In this document: positions 17,135 to 26,914 of the stretch, in pieces | Numbering within the stretch: the stretch's first letter is position 1 | Layout: every line of letters starts with the position of its first letter | Assembly (NCBI GenBank): GCA_964431235.1 | Contig: CAYSJA010000022.1 | Location: forward strand, 1-63,223 | DNA from: an uncultured Gammaproteobacteria bacterium | Lineage (GTDB): Bacteria > Patescibacteriota > Patescibacteriia > Patescibacteriales > UBA12465 | DNA length: 63,223 nucleotides | Direction of reading: 5' to 3' | Position numbers and translations under genes: made by a program | The notes under the pieces: generated by a model | What the model saw: the letters and a program-made list of their open reading frames with translations, nothing else | Told to the model about the DNA's origin: nothing | Database searches by the model: none

Positions 17135-17989
17135 TTACTTGTTTTCCAAATAAGGGTTTATTATATTTTTATAATTTAAACAAAAGTCAGAAATAAATTT
17201 TTGCTCTGGAAAGAAATTTTCTAGATCAAAAATTAATTTTTTAGCACTAACTTCTTTTTCAATTTTTATCTTTAGAGATTTATTTAAATCTTTCCAGTTA
17301 TTAATATTAAATTTTTCATTTAAAGTTTGCCAGTCTGGCTCAACATTATTTTTTAGATACCAATACAAGTCGTAGTAGTCACGTCCCTTTATATCAATTT
17401 CGTCATTATCACCTTTAAACCATTTTCTTTCAAAAATAGCATTTAACTTTCCAGTCATCAAAAATTTTAAGTTGTATGTTTTAACTAAAAAATTGTAGCC
17501 AAATTGAGAAATAGGTGTAATTTGATATTCTGGGTTTTTAAAATCTTCTACTTGAGGTTCTATTTTGACATAGAGAAAATCACTTTCATCTCCCCCTTTA
17601 GAAAGTCCTAAATTCTTTAAGGTGGGAAATTTTAAATATAACCTTTCAGGGCCCGGAGCTTTCTTTTCTCGAGCTGTGTAGTTAATTTTTAACAGAAGGT
17701 CATTTTTAAAGTAAAGAGATATCTCCTCTCCTAATTTGTTCATATCTAAGGATTGGTAGTCATCAAGTTTTAAATTAAAGTCCAGATCCTCTGATAGTCG
17801 TGGTAAATTATGAACTATCCTTAGGGCGGAGCCGCCCATAAAAATAAAATTTTGATATTTTTCTTTACTATAAAGAAATGAAAGAACAGGGAATTGAAGG
17901 TACTCTTTAAGAGCATTCTTAATTACAAAGTCTGGCCAGTTTTGTTCACGATATTTTGAAACTAGTTCTTGAAGTTTTTCTTTAAGCAT
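17135..17989 (-). CDS. abiEii: AbiEii/AbiGii-family nucleotidyltransferase toxin (DUF1814)
   Basis: FMGGSALRIVHNLPRLSEDLDFNL NTase signature. 8-nt overlap with the upstream partner. Confidence 0.8.
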   Translation of the reverse strand: MLKEKLQELVSKYREQNWPDFVIKNALKEYLQFPVLSFLYSKEKYQNFIFMGGSALRIVHNLPRLSEDLDFNLKLDDYQSLDMNKLGEEISLYFKNDLLLKINYTAREKKAPGPERLYLKFPTLKNLGLSKGGDESDFLYVKIEPQVEDFKNPEYQITPISQFGYNFLVKTYNLKFLMTGKLNAIFERKWFKGDNDEIDIKGRDYYDLYWYLKNNVEPDWQTLNEKFNINNWKDLNKSLKIKIEKEVSAKKLIFDLENFFPEQKFISDFCLNYKNIINPYLENK

Positions 17990-18605
17990 ATTTTTTGATT
18001 TCTATTTTTAAATTTTTCCATTTTTTACTAGGCATTGTATCGAGATAGCGAAAAAATTCTTGCCAGTCTTTTTTTTGCATATTCTCCAGATTCAATCTTA
18101 GACTCTCTATGTTTATTATACTTGATCTTCTTAGTCTTAAATATAAAAAATCAAATAAGGCCTTTGCTTTTGTTGCCTCTAAAACAGTTTGCCCTTTGAA
18201 ACTTTTTGATCGGTAGCCAGTTATTAAACGTTTAGGCATTGTGTAATAGCGCCATGTGCCAAGCTCATTAACAAAAACACGACTTTGTTTAGTGCTGATA
18301 GAGGTAATACTTCTAGCTGGCTCGCTTAGTAATTGATATTTAGCTAAGACATACTCCAGCGAAAGATACGAAGGTTTTATTAATTGGTTAGCTAAATATT
18401 CAAGATATAAATCTTTATTTGTTTCTTTTTCATATTTTGATCTTAAAATATAACTACCACTTTTTAAGGCAATTAGACTTTTATTTTTTAGCCAATATTT
18501 AATGTTAGCGTTTAAGGTATCCTCTTTTTTTTCTAACATTTTTAAATATTTCTTATTAAATATTAGCAAATTATTTAATTTTTGTGTTATTTCTGCTTGT
18601 TTCAT
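17982..18605 (-). CDS. abiEi: AbiEi-like antitoxin/transcriptional regulator
   Basis: 207-aa protein immediately upstream of and overlapping AbiEii. Size and position match AbiEi. Its own motifs are weak. Confidence 0.6.
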   Translation of the reverse strand: MKQAEITQKLNNLLIFNKKYLKMLEKKEDTLNANIKYWLKNKSLIALKSGSYILRSKYEKETNKDLYLEYLANQLIKPSYLSLEYVLAKYQLLSEPARSITSISTKQSRVFVNELGTWRYYTMPKRLITGYRSKSFKGQTVLEATKAKALFDFLYLRLRRSSIINIESLRLNLENMQKKDWQEFFRYLDTMPSKKWKNLKIEIKKYA

Positions 18606-18800
18606 ATATTTATAGGAATTAATATAAATATTATACCATATCCTATAAATACTACAAGAGCTAATAATTATTGAAGTTTATAAGATTTTATCAAGTTGTC
18701 ATACTTAGCAGTCTTTAAAAAATGTTAGAAGAATCAATTGACGGATTTAAATAATCGGTTCTTGAAAAATCAATGATTTTTATGCTATTTTAGTATACTG

Positions 18801-18809
18801 TGATATAAT
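18801..18809 (+). promoter_or_regulatory. extended -10 promoter giving a probably leaderless holB mRNA
   Basis: TGaTATAAT ends 6 nt before ATG 18816. Confidence 0.5.
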
Positions 18810-18815
18810 TATTTT

Positions 18816-19820
18816 ATGAAAGCGTTAGAGATAAAATGGCCACAGATAGGCAATGAAAAAGCAATTGCGTTTTTGCGTCAAGTGGTAAGCAAGAGAGATC
18901 CTTTTGGTGCCTATATTTTTTTAGGACCCGATGATTTAGGAAAATCCACCATTGCCTTGGCCTTTGCTCGCAATTTAATGGCTGTTTCTTTAGAGGAAGC
19001 AAGCAATTTTAATACTGATTTGCATATTATCAAGCCGGAAAAGGATAAAAAGGTGATTTCTATTGCTCAAATTAGAGATTTGATAAAAATTTTAAGCTTA
19101 AGCTCGTTTTTAAATTCCTATAAAATTGGTATAATTAAAGAAGCACAGAAACTCACTCAAGAAGCTCAGAATGCCCTACTTAAGACATTGGAAGAGCCTA
19201 AAGACAAGGTAATCGTCATCTTGCTGGCAAACAATGAAGATAATCTATTGCCGACTATTTTATCCCGTGGGCAGAAGTTGTATTTTCAGCCAGTACCAGC
19301 TGAAACCATCTATAATTATTTAATAGAAGAACATGGCGCTAAGCGCTCCTTAGCTAAGGATTTAGCTAATTTGTCTTTAGGTCGTCCTCTTAAAGCAGTG
19401 AAGTTTTTGGAAGATCCGGTTGCTTATGATGAATATAATAAAAAAGCGGCGATTTTATTGCAATTTTTAATTTTTAATGTTAATAAACGCCTGGAAGAGT
19501 TAAGTCGTATATTTAGTGATAAAACCTATAGTCCGGCGGCAGTTTCCGGAGCAGAAGAAATAATAATGATTCTAGAAGGATTGTGGCGTGATCTTCTTTT
19601 ACTTTATTTCAATCAACCAGAAAAAATACAGCATTCTGCCCTCAAAGCTGATCTAGAAAAAGCGCTGGTGCGGTTAAATCAAACAGGGAGCGATTCTTTC
19701 TCAAACAAAGTGCCAATTTTTCTTTTAGAACGCTTTAAATTGGCGGCAATGGCCCGGGAATATCTATCCGCTAGTGTCAATCCTTATTTAGTTTTAGAAC
19801 AATTAGCTATTAATCTATAA
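18816..19820 (+). CDS. holB: DNA polymerase III subunit delta-prime
   Basis: FLGPDDLGKSTIALAFARNL, EAQNALLKTLEEP, TILSRGQ. Confidence 0.85.
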   Translation: MKALEIKWPQIGNEKAIAFLRQVVSKRDPFGAYIFLGPDDLGKSTIALAFARNLMAVSLEEASNFNTDLHIIKPEKDKKVISIAQIRDLIKILSLSSFLNSYKIGIIKEAQKLTQEAQNALLKTLEEPKDKVIVILLANNEDNLLPTILSRGQKLYFQPVPAETIYNYLIEEHGAKRSLAKDLANLSLGRPLKAVKFLEDPVAYDEYNKKAAILLQFLIFNVNKRLEELSRIFSDKTYSPAAVSGAEEIIMILEGLWRDLLLLYFNQPEKIQHSALKADLEKALVRLNQTGSDSFSNKVPIFLLERFKLAAMAREYLSASVNPYLVLEQLAINL

Positions 19821-19843
19821 AATTATAATATAAATAAAAACAT

Positions 19844-20968
19844 ATGACTGTGCTTTCATTTAAAAAATCAGTCAAAGGCCTAACTTTTTTTACTTTACTT
19901 ATTATCGGCTCTTTCTTGTTTTCAGCTTGTTCTATATCTACTAGCCCTTCTGATAATAGTATAGATAGTAGTGTTTTCTTATCTGCTGACGGCGGCAATT
20001 CTTGGCAAGAAGCAGTAGCGATGGCATCTCCTGACGACCCGAAAAATATCAGAAATATTAATGTTAATATGATGGCTTTTGATCCCCAAGATAATCTAGC
20101 TGTATATTTAGCTAGTCGCAATAATGGTCTGTATTATACCTATAATATTGTTTTAGATGGTTGGGTGAAGGTAAAGAATTTACCGGAAGAAAAAGTAAAT
20201 GATGTTGAGGTTGATCCTGAAAATAAATGTTTGATTTATACGGCTATTTCCAACCGGTTATATCGCTCAAACGATTGTTCCCGTACTTGGAGCCAGATTT
20301 ATTATGATAATAATCTGGAAGTGAGAGTGGAAACCATCGCTATTGATCATTATAATCCGAGCAATATTTATATTGGTACTTCCCGAGGCGAGATAATAAA
20401 AAGCATAGATAAAGGATCTTCCTGGCGGACTATATATCGTCTGAATGAAGGTATTTCCCGGCTTATCCTGTCGCCTTTGGACAGCCGTTTAGCTTTTGTT
20501 GCTTCAGAAAGAAATAAAATTTATAGCTTCATCTCTAGTTCTACTACCGATGTTAATGATCCGGTTTCTTTAGAAAAAAGTTTTGTAGTTTCTAATTGGA
20601 CAGATTTGAATCCGGTATTGAAAGATTATGATTTAGGTAACACTTTTCGCGATTTCGTAATATCTCAAGACGGCCAGATATTTATTGCTACTAATCAGAC
20701 TATTCTACGCTCGCCTGACAACGGTATTACTTGGGAAAAAATTAAGCTTATCCCTCCGGAAAAAGATGCAGTAATAAATGCCTTAGCGGTTGATGCGCAA
20801 AATTCTGATAATATTTTTTATGTTACTAATACTGTTTTCTTTCGTTCCGTTGATGGCGGTATTACTTGGTCTACTAAAAAACTACCGACTAAACGGGCAG
20901 GGAGTGAACTTTTAGTTGATTTTAAAAATCCTAATAATCTGTATTTAGGGACAGCCAAGCTAAAGTAA
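19844..20968 (+). CDS. lipoprotein with BNR/Asp-box repeats (Ycf48/sialidase-like beta-propeller)
   Basis: Lipobox LFSAC. Repeated SxDxGxxW boxes: SADGGNSW, SNDCSRTW, SIDKGSSW, SPDNGITW, SVDGGITW. Confidence 0.75.
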   Translation: MTVLSFKKSVKGLTFFTLLIIGSFLFSACSISTSPSDNSIDSSVFLSADGGNSWQEAVAMASPDDPKNIRNINVNMMAFDPQDNLAVYLASRNNGLYYTYNIVLDGWVKVKNLPEEKVNDVEVDPENKCLIYTAISNRLYRSNDCSRTWSQIYYDNNLEVRVETIAIDHYNPSNIYIGTSRGEIIKSIDKGSSWRTIYRLNEGISRLILSPLDSRLAFVASERNKIYSFISSSTTDVNDPVSLEKSFVVSNWTDLNPVLKDYDLGNTFRDFVISQDGQIFIATNQTILRSPDNGITWEKIKLIPPEKDAVINALAVDAQNSDNIFYVTNTVFFRSVDGGITWSTKKLPTKRAGSELLVDFKNPNNLYLGTAKLK

Positions 20969-21001
20969 TTTAATTTAAAATAAATAATAAGATACAAGAT
21001 T

Positions 21002-21556
21002 ATGAATGAATATTTACAAAACAAGCAAATTGATTTTGATAAGGCGATTGAATTCTTTAAGAATGAAATAGCCACTATCAGGACTGGCCGAGCCAATCCA
21101 GCGATTTTAGAAGGCGTTAAAGTCGATGCTTATGGCGTATTAAATCCTTTAAACGCGATTTCTAGTATTACCGTATCCGATACTAAGAATATTTTAGTTG
21201 TTCCTTTTGATAAGAATGTGATAAAAAATATTGAGAAGGCAATTACGGATGCTAAGCTGGGTTTAGGAGTAATAAACGACGGTGATAAAATTCGCTTAAC
21301 TGTTCCGCCATTAACCGAAGAGAACCGTAGGGAGCTGGTTAAAAAATTGAATGAAAAAATGGAAAAAACCAGGATAATTTTACGCCAGGCGCGTGATGTT
21401 GTTAAAAGTACTGTGGAAAGTGCTTTTGAAGAAAAAAAAATCAGTGAAGATGATAAATTTCGTTTTATCAAAGAATTGGATGAATATTCCGCTGAGAAAA
21501 ATGAAGAATTGAAAAATATTCGTGATCATAAAGAAAAAGATGTCATGGAGATATAA
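21002..21556 (+). CDS. frr: ribosome recycling factor
   Basis: IRTGRANPAILEGVKVDAYG; 184 aa. Confidence 0.95.
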   Translation: MNEYLQNKQIDFDKAIEFFKNEIATIRTGRANPAILEGVKVDAYGVLNPLNAISSITVSDTKNILVVPFDKNVIKNIEKAITDAKLGLGVINDGDKIRLTVPPLTEENRRELVKKLNEKMEKTRIILRQARDVVKSTVESAFEEKKISEDDKFRFIKELDEYSAEKNEELKNIRDHKEKDVMEI

Positions 21557-21610
21557 ATAGCTGTTTGATAGATTAATTAATTTTTTATTAACTTTTTAAC
21601 TTTTAATTTC

Positions 21611-22768
21611 ATGTTTTTGACGATTATAGTCTTTATTTTAGTTTTGTCAGTATTAGTTTTTGTTCATGAATTGGGACATTTCTATACTGCTCGGCGTCTA
21701 GGTGTGCGAGCTGATGAATTCGGTTTTGGTTTTCCGCCCCGGGTTTTTGGATTTTATAAAAACAAATTTGGCAAGTGGCGTAAAATTTTAGGCAAAACTT
21801 CTTATGAGAGCTTGGAAAAAAGTTCTAAAGAAAAAGATATTCCAGCTAAGAAATCCACTATTTACTCCATTAATTGGATACCTATCGGCGGATTTGTAAA
21901 GATAAAAGGGGAAAATGGAGAGGGGAAGAATGACGAAGATAGCTTTGCTTTTAAAAAGATATGGCAAAGAGTTTTAATTCTTTCCGCTGGTGTTATTATG
22001 AATGTAGTTTTGGCCTGGTTGCTTTTTTCCCTTGGTTATATGCTTGGTTTACCCCAATCAACCGCTGATTTGGGTAAAAATGCTCGTGTTAGTGAAGCTC
22101 GAGTAGCGATAATGGAGGTTTTACCTGATTCCCCAGCCGAACAAGCTGGTTTGAAAGCAGGCGATTTTATTCTTAGAGTTGATGGCCGAGAAGTTGCTTT
22201 AGAAGAAGATGTTCAATCATTTATCGCAGATGCAGGAGAAGAGGTTGAACTTTTAATTTTAGATGGAGGTGAAGAGCGTTCTTTAATTGTTTCTCCGCAG
22301 GAAAATAAAGCTGGAAGAGCGATTATCGGCGTAGGAATCATGGCTGCTGGTACAGTTAGTTATCCTTTTTTAGGTTCCTTTTGGGAAGGGGCTAAGTTGA
22401 CCGGCTGGATGCTGAAAGAAATAGTAATAGCTTTTGGTAATTTAATTAGTAACTTAGTTTCTGGGCAACCAGTAGGAGGAGAATTTGCCGGTCCAGTAGG
22501 TATTGCTACCATCACTGGCCAGGCAGCCCGTTTAGGATTTGTTTATCTTCTTCAATTTGTTGCCTTATTATCTTTGAATTTGGCGATTATCAATATATTA
22601 CCCTTTCCCGCTTTAGACGGTGGAAGAATCCTTTTTCTTTTAGTTGAGAAGTTAAAAGGGGAGCCAATACGCCGGAATGTTGAAGCAGTTGTTCATAATA
22701 TTGGCTTCATTCTCCTTATCGCTTTGGTTATTTTTATTACTTATAAAGATATTGTGAAATTATTTTAA
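21611..22768 (+). CDS. rseP: RIP metalloprotease RseP (site-2 protease, M50)
   Basis: HELGHF, central PDZ-like region, LNLAIINILPFPALDGGR. Confidence 0.9.
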   Translation: MFLTIIVFILVLSVLVFVHELGHFYTARRLGVRADEFGFGFPPRVFGFYKNKFGKWRKILGKTSYESLEKSSKEKDIPAKKSTIYSINWIPIGGFVKIKGENGEGKNDEDSFAFKKIWQRVLILSAGVIMNVVLAWLLFSLGYMLGLPQSTADLGKNARVSEARVAIMEVLPDSPAEQAGLKAGDFILRVDGREVALEEDVQSFIADAGEEVELLILDGGEERSLIVSPQENKAGRAIIGVGIMAAGTVSYPFLGSFWEGAKLTGWMLKEIVIAFGNLISNLVSGQPVGGEFAGPVGIATITGQAARLGFVYLLQFVALLSLNLAIINILPFPALDGGRILFLLVEKLKGEPIRRNVEAVVHNIGFILLIALVIFITYKDIVKLF

Positions 22769-22794
22769 GTTGTTTATGTAAGTCAGAAGAAAAG

Positions 22795-22803
22795 TGCTAT
22801 AAT
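22795..22803 (+). promoter_or_regulatory. extended -10 promoter upstream of hpf
   Basis: TGcTATAAT, 29 nt upstream of ATG 22833. Confidence 0.45.
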
Positions 22804-22832
22804 TAAGATGATAATAGATTAGATTTAATAAT

Positions 22833-23165
22833 ATGCGTATTAACGTCAAAGCCTCAAATTTAGAACTAACCCTTGCTCTTAAAGGATATATAATAGAAAA
22901 AATGAATATGTTGAAAAAATATTTAGGTAATAAAGTAAAGGTTATAAATTTTGATTTTGAAATTGAGAAATCTGTTGGTAAGCAGAATAAAGGAGAGATT
23001 TTCCGGGCTGAAGCCAATATTCAAGTTCCTCATAACATGCTACGCGTGGAAAAAACAGAAAAAGACATGTATAAGGCGATAGATAAGGTGAAAGATCATT
23101 TAGAAGTAGTAATTAAAAGACATAAAGATAAATTGGAAGATAGGAGAAGAAGAAAAATAAAATAA
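22833..23165 (+). CDS. hpf: ribosome hibernation promoting factor (short HPF/RaiA)
   Basis: MRINVKASNLELTLALKGYIIEKM...; 110 aa, S30AE family layout. Confidence 0.85.
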   Translation: MRINVKASNLELTLALKGYIIEKMNMLKKYLGNKVKVINFDFEIEKSVGKQNKGEIFRAEANIQVPHNMLRVEKTEKDMYKAIDKVKDHLEVVIKRHKDKLEDRRRRKIK

Positions 23166-23238
23166 TAAATTTAATTTTACTTTAGAACCGTTTTTTTGGT
23201 TATTTTTTGGTTATTAAATAGAAAAATTATTTAAAATT

Positions 23239-25980
23239 ATGAATATTATCAGTAAACTATTTCCTGATGTTAATAAAAAAGTAATAAAAAACTTACAGCC
23301 TTTAATTGCTAAAATAAACAATTTAGAATTAGAATATCAGAAATTAAGTGATGAAGCGTTAAAAAATAAAACCAGTGAATTTAAGGATCGCTTGAAAACT
23401 GGTGTTAGTTTAGATGATATTTTGCCATCAGCTTTTGCTGTAGTTAGGGAAACAGCTAAACGAATTTTGGGTCAACGCCATTATGACGTTCAATTAATAG
23501 GCGGTATTGTGCTTCATCGTGGTCAAATAGCGGAAATGAAAACCGGTGAAGGTAAAACTTTAGTGGCAACTTTACCTCTTTATTTAAATTCTTTAGAAGG
23601 TAAAGGGGCACATTTAGTGACGGTTAATGATTATTTGTCTCGTGTCGGCGCCGGCTGGATGGCTCCAGTATATCATGCTTTAGGACTTTCCGTTGGTGTC
23701 ATTGTTCATAATAGTGCCTATATTTATGATCCGGACTATATAGATGAAGATCAATTCGATGAAAGATTAAAAAACTTTCGCCGTATTTCCCGGCGAGAAG
23801 CCTATTATTGCGATATTACTTATGGTACTAATAATGAATTCGGCTTTGATTACTTACGTGATAATATGGTTTATTCTCTAGCACAGACTGTTCAACGTCC
23901 GTTTCACTATGCCATTGTTGATGAAATTGATTCAATTTTAATTGACGAAGCTAGGACCCCTCTCATTATCAGCGCGCCAGTTGAAGAATCTGGCGACCGT
24001 TATGCCAAATTTTCTCGTTTAGTGGGACAGTTAAACGAAGAAGAGGATTATAATATTGACGAGAAAATGCGAGCCGCCACTTTAACTGAAGGTGGTATTT
24101 CTAAGGTGGAGAAACTTTTAGGTATGGGTAATATTTATGTTGAAGGCGGAGTCAAAGAAGTTCATCATTTGGAGCAAGCTTTAAAGGCCCGGGTACTTTT
24201 TAAGCGTGACAAGGATTACGTGGTAAAAGACGGGGAAATAATAATAGTTGATGAATTTACTGGTCGCTTGATGCCGGGCCGACGTTATAGTGAGGGTTTG
24301 CATCAAGCAATTGAAGCTAAAGAGGGGGTAGAGGTAAAAAAAGAATCACAAACCATGGCGACAATTACTTTTCAGAATTTGTTTCGTATGTATAATAAAT
24401 TGTCCGGCATGACCGGTACAGCCGCTACCGAAGCTGAAGAATTCCATAAGATATATAATCTAGATACCATTATTATTCCTACTAATGAACCTAACATCAG
24501 AAAAGATTTAAATGATTTAATATATAGAACTGGAGAAGATAAATTTAAGGCGGTTATCCGCGATATTAAGGAAAGAAATAAAAAAGGCCAACCCATCCTT
24601 GTTGGCACGATTTCTATTGAAAAAAATGAAATTTTAATGGATATGATGGCACGCGAAGGATTGGATCCACAGATGTTAAACGCTAAGAATCATCAAAAAG
24701 AAGCTCAGATAATCGCTCAAGCCGGCAGCAAAGGCGCTATTACTTTAGCTACTAATATGGCTGGACGTGGTGTTGATATTATTTTAGGCGGTAATCCTCC
24801 AAATAAAAAAGAGCAAGAGGAAGTGTGTGCTCTAGGAGGTCTTCATGTAATTGGTACTGAGCGTCATGAAGCTCGACGTATTGATAATCAATTGCGTGGA
24901 CGTGCCGGACGCCAGGGTGATCCTGGTTCTTCCCAATTTTATGTTTCAACTGACGACGACCTGATGCGGATATTTGGTGGTGATAGAATGAAAAATTTAA
25001 TGAAAACTTTGAATGTTCCGGCTGATATGCCAATTGAGAATAAAATGATTTCAAAATCTATTGAAAGCGCTCAAAAAAAGGTGGAAGGCAATAATTTTGA
25101 TATTAGAAAGCACTTAGTGGAATATGATGATGTTATCAATAAACAGAGAATGGCAATATATAATTGGCGTCGGGAAATTATTGAAATAAGTGAAGAAAAG
25201 GAAGAAGCTGAGTCTGAAAATCAAGAAAAAACTTTATCTGATATAATTTTAACCATGTTAAAAGATGAAATAAATAGTGTTGTTAGTTTTCATACAGCAG
25301 CAGAGAATGTAAAAGAATGGAATATTCAAGAGATATATGAAACTATGCGCACAGTTTTTTCAGCTAGCGAAGAATTAAAAGAAGAGTTGATCAATTTAGC
25401 AAAAATAAATGGTAAATGTGAAGATATTAGAAAAAGTATTATTATTTATTTAGAAAAAGAGACTGAAGAACGCTATAATCTATTAAAAGAATTATTTAAA
25501 GAAGGGGGCATGAAGTTTAAGGAAATAGAAAAAGGAATTCTTATCCGTTCTATTGATCAGTTATGGGTGGAGCACCTTGAAACCATTGATTATCTGCGTC
25601 GTGGTATTGGTTTACGCGGTTATGGCCAAAGAGATCCCCTGGTTGAATACAAAAAAGAGTCATATCGCTTATATCAAGAGCTTTTAGGGTTAATTAATAA
25701 AAATGTAGCTTATTCTATCTTTAAAACTGCAGAAGGATTGGCCGAGGCAGCTAAAAGACAAGCCGAAAGTAAGGCCTTAAAGGATTTTGCCAATAAAACA
25801 CAGGCTGCTAATTTACAATTTTCTGGTGCCCAAAAAGAAATGCAAAAACAAGCAGGGGAGAGAAATACGATTGATTTAGTGTCTGAGAAAGCAAGAGATG
25901 AGTCGGGTAAAAAAGTAGGACGCAATGATCCTTGTCCTTGCGGTAGTGGCAAGAAGTATAAGAAATGTTGTGGCAAATAA
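23239..25980 (+). CDS. secA: preprotein translocase ATPase SecA
   Basis: MKTGEGKTLVATLP, DEIDSILIDEARTPLIIS, C-terminal zinc motif CPCGSGKKYKKCCG. Confidence 0.97.
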   Translation: MNIISKLFPDVNKKVIKNLQPLIAKINNLELEYQKLSDEALKNKTSEFKDRLKTGVSLDDILPSAFAVVRETAKRILGQRHYDVQLIGGIVLHRGQIAEMKTGEGKTLVATLPLYLNSLEGKGAHLVTVNDYLSRVGAGWMAPVYHALGLSVGVIVHNSAYIYDPDYIDEDQFDERLKNFRRISRREAYYCDITYGTNNEFGFDYLRDNMVYSLAQTVQRPFHYAIVDEIDSILIDEARTPLIISAPVEESGDRYAKFSRLVGQLNEEEDYNIDEKMRAATLTEGGISKVEKLLGMGNIYVEGGVKEVHHLEQALKARVLFKRDKDYVVKDGEIIIVDEFTGRLMPGRRYSEGLHQAIEAKEGVEVKKESQTMATITFQNLFRMYNKLSGMTGTAATEAEEFHKIYNLDTIIIPTNEPNIRKDLNDLIYRTGEDKFKAVIRDIKERNKKGQPILVGTISIEKNEILMDMMAREGLDPQMLNAKNHQKEAQIIAQAGSKGAITLATNMAGRGVDIILGGNPPNKKEQEEVCALGGLHVIGTERHEARRIDNQLRGRAGRQGDPGSSQFYVSTDDDLMRIFGGDRMKNLMKTLNVPADMPIENKMISKSIESAQKKVEGNNFDIRKHLVEYDDVINKQRMAIYNWRREIIEISEEKEEAESENQEKTLSDIILTMLKDEINSVVSFHTAAENVKEWNIQEIYETMRTVFSASEELKEELINLAKINGKCEDIRKSIIIYLEKETEERYNLLKELFKEGGMKFKEIEKGILIRSIDQLWVEHLETIDYLRRGIGLRGYGQRDPLVEYKKESYRLYQELLGLINKNVAYSIFKTAEGLAEAAKRQAESKALKDFANKTQAANLQFSGAQKEMQKQAGERNTIDLVSEKARDESGKKVGRNDPCPCGSGKKYKKCCGK

Positions 25981-25981
25981 T

Positions 25982-26248
25982 ATGGCAATAATAAAGAAAA
26001 AAATTTGGCCAGAATATTTTGACGCAGTAGCTTCTGGAAAGAAAAAATATGAGCTTCGTCTCAATGATTTTAATATCAAAGAAGGAGATACACTCATATT
26101 AGAAGAGCGGGATCCTGAAACGGAAGAATATACAGGAAGAACGGCTGAAAGGAAGGTAACATATGTTGGATGTTTTAAGATTGATCAATTATTCTGGCCG
26201 AAAGAAGAAATTAAGAAAAAAGGAATTCAGATTATTTCATTGGAATAA
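25982..26248 (+). CDS. DUF3850/ASCH-like (PUA-fold) protein
   Basis: KKKIWPEYFDAVASGKKKYELRLNDFNIKEGDTLILEE...YTGR..KVTYV matches the DUF3850 pattern. ATG lies 1 nt after the secA stop. Confidence 0.7.
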   Translation: MAIIKKKIWPEYFDAVASGKKKYELRLNDFNIKEGDTLILEERDPETEEYTGRTAERKVTYVGCFKIDQLFWPKEEIKKKGIQIISLE

Positions 26249-26308
26249 TCCCGTGGGATACCATTGAAAATCAAGAAATGTTGTAGAGCATAGAGGCATA
26301 GTAAATTT

Positions 26309-26611
26309 ATGAAATACAATAAACTCGTTCGCGACAAAATTCCAAAATATATTCTTGAAAAAGGAGGTAATCCAATTTATCATATTGCGGATGAAAAGGA
26401 ATATTGGGAAAAACTTAAAGAAAAACTTTTAGAAGAGGTTAATGAATTTAAAGATAACGAAAGTATAGAGGAGCTGATTGATGTTCTTGAAGTGTTTAAA
26501 GCGATTGTAGAGTATAGAGGATTTAAACAAAAGGAGATTGAAAAAATTCGAAACAAAAAAGCAGAAGAAAGGGGTAGATTTAAAGATAAGGTCATTCTAG
26601 ATGAACTTTAA
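26309..26611 (+). CDS. MazG-like nucleoside triphosphate pyrophosphohydrolase (PRA-PH-like)
   Basis: YNKLVRDKIPKYILEKGG...EEVNEFKDNESIEELIDVLEV; 100 aa. Confidence 0.7.
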   Translation: MKYNKLVRDKIPKYILEKGGNPIYHIADEKEYWEKLKEKLLEEVNEFKDNESIEELIDVLEVFKAIVEYRGFKQKEIEKIRNKKAEERGRFKDKVILDEL

Positions 26612-26674
26612 TCTTTATGACTAAGAAATAGTCTTAATTTATATAGAATTAAGATAGAAATTAAAATATCTTTC

Positions 26675-26734
26675 TAATTTAAAAATAGTTTAGCAACCTA
26701 AAATTAATAAAAAAACAACTAACCTAATAATTGT
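26675..26734 (+). repeat. 60-nt direct repeat, copy 1 (dead duplicate of the NUDIX 5' end)
   Basis: Matches 28343-28403 with 3 substitutions and 1 indel by hand alignment. ATG is mutated to ATA. Confidence 0.85.
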
Positions 26735-26847
26735 CTATTATTTTTTGTATTTTTTTAATTAATAAATTAGTTATAAATTTAGGTTAAGTTATTGTTTTTT
26801 TAAATAATTATTTTAAATATTTATTTAATATTAGATATTTTTTAAAA

Positions 26848-26876
26848 TTGACAATATATTAGTAGTTTGATATACT
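26848..26876 (+). promoter_or_regulatory. sigma70-type promoter of ATPase paralogue 1
   Basis: TTGACA-N17-TATACT. Confidence 0.65.
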
Positions 26877-26897
26877 TAAAATACATATTTAAGTATA
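26871..26897. repeat. 10-bp perfect inverted repeat over the -10 box/TSS of ATPase paralogue 1
   Basis: TATACTTAAA (26871-26880), 7-nt spacer, TTTAAGTATA (26888-26897). Confidence 0.7.
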
Positions 26898-26914
26898 CTG
26901 AAAATATATTGTAT

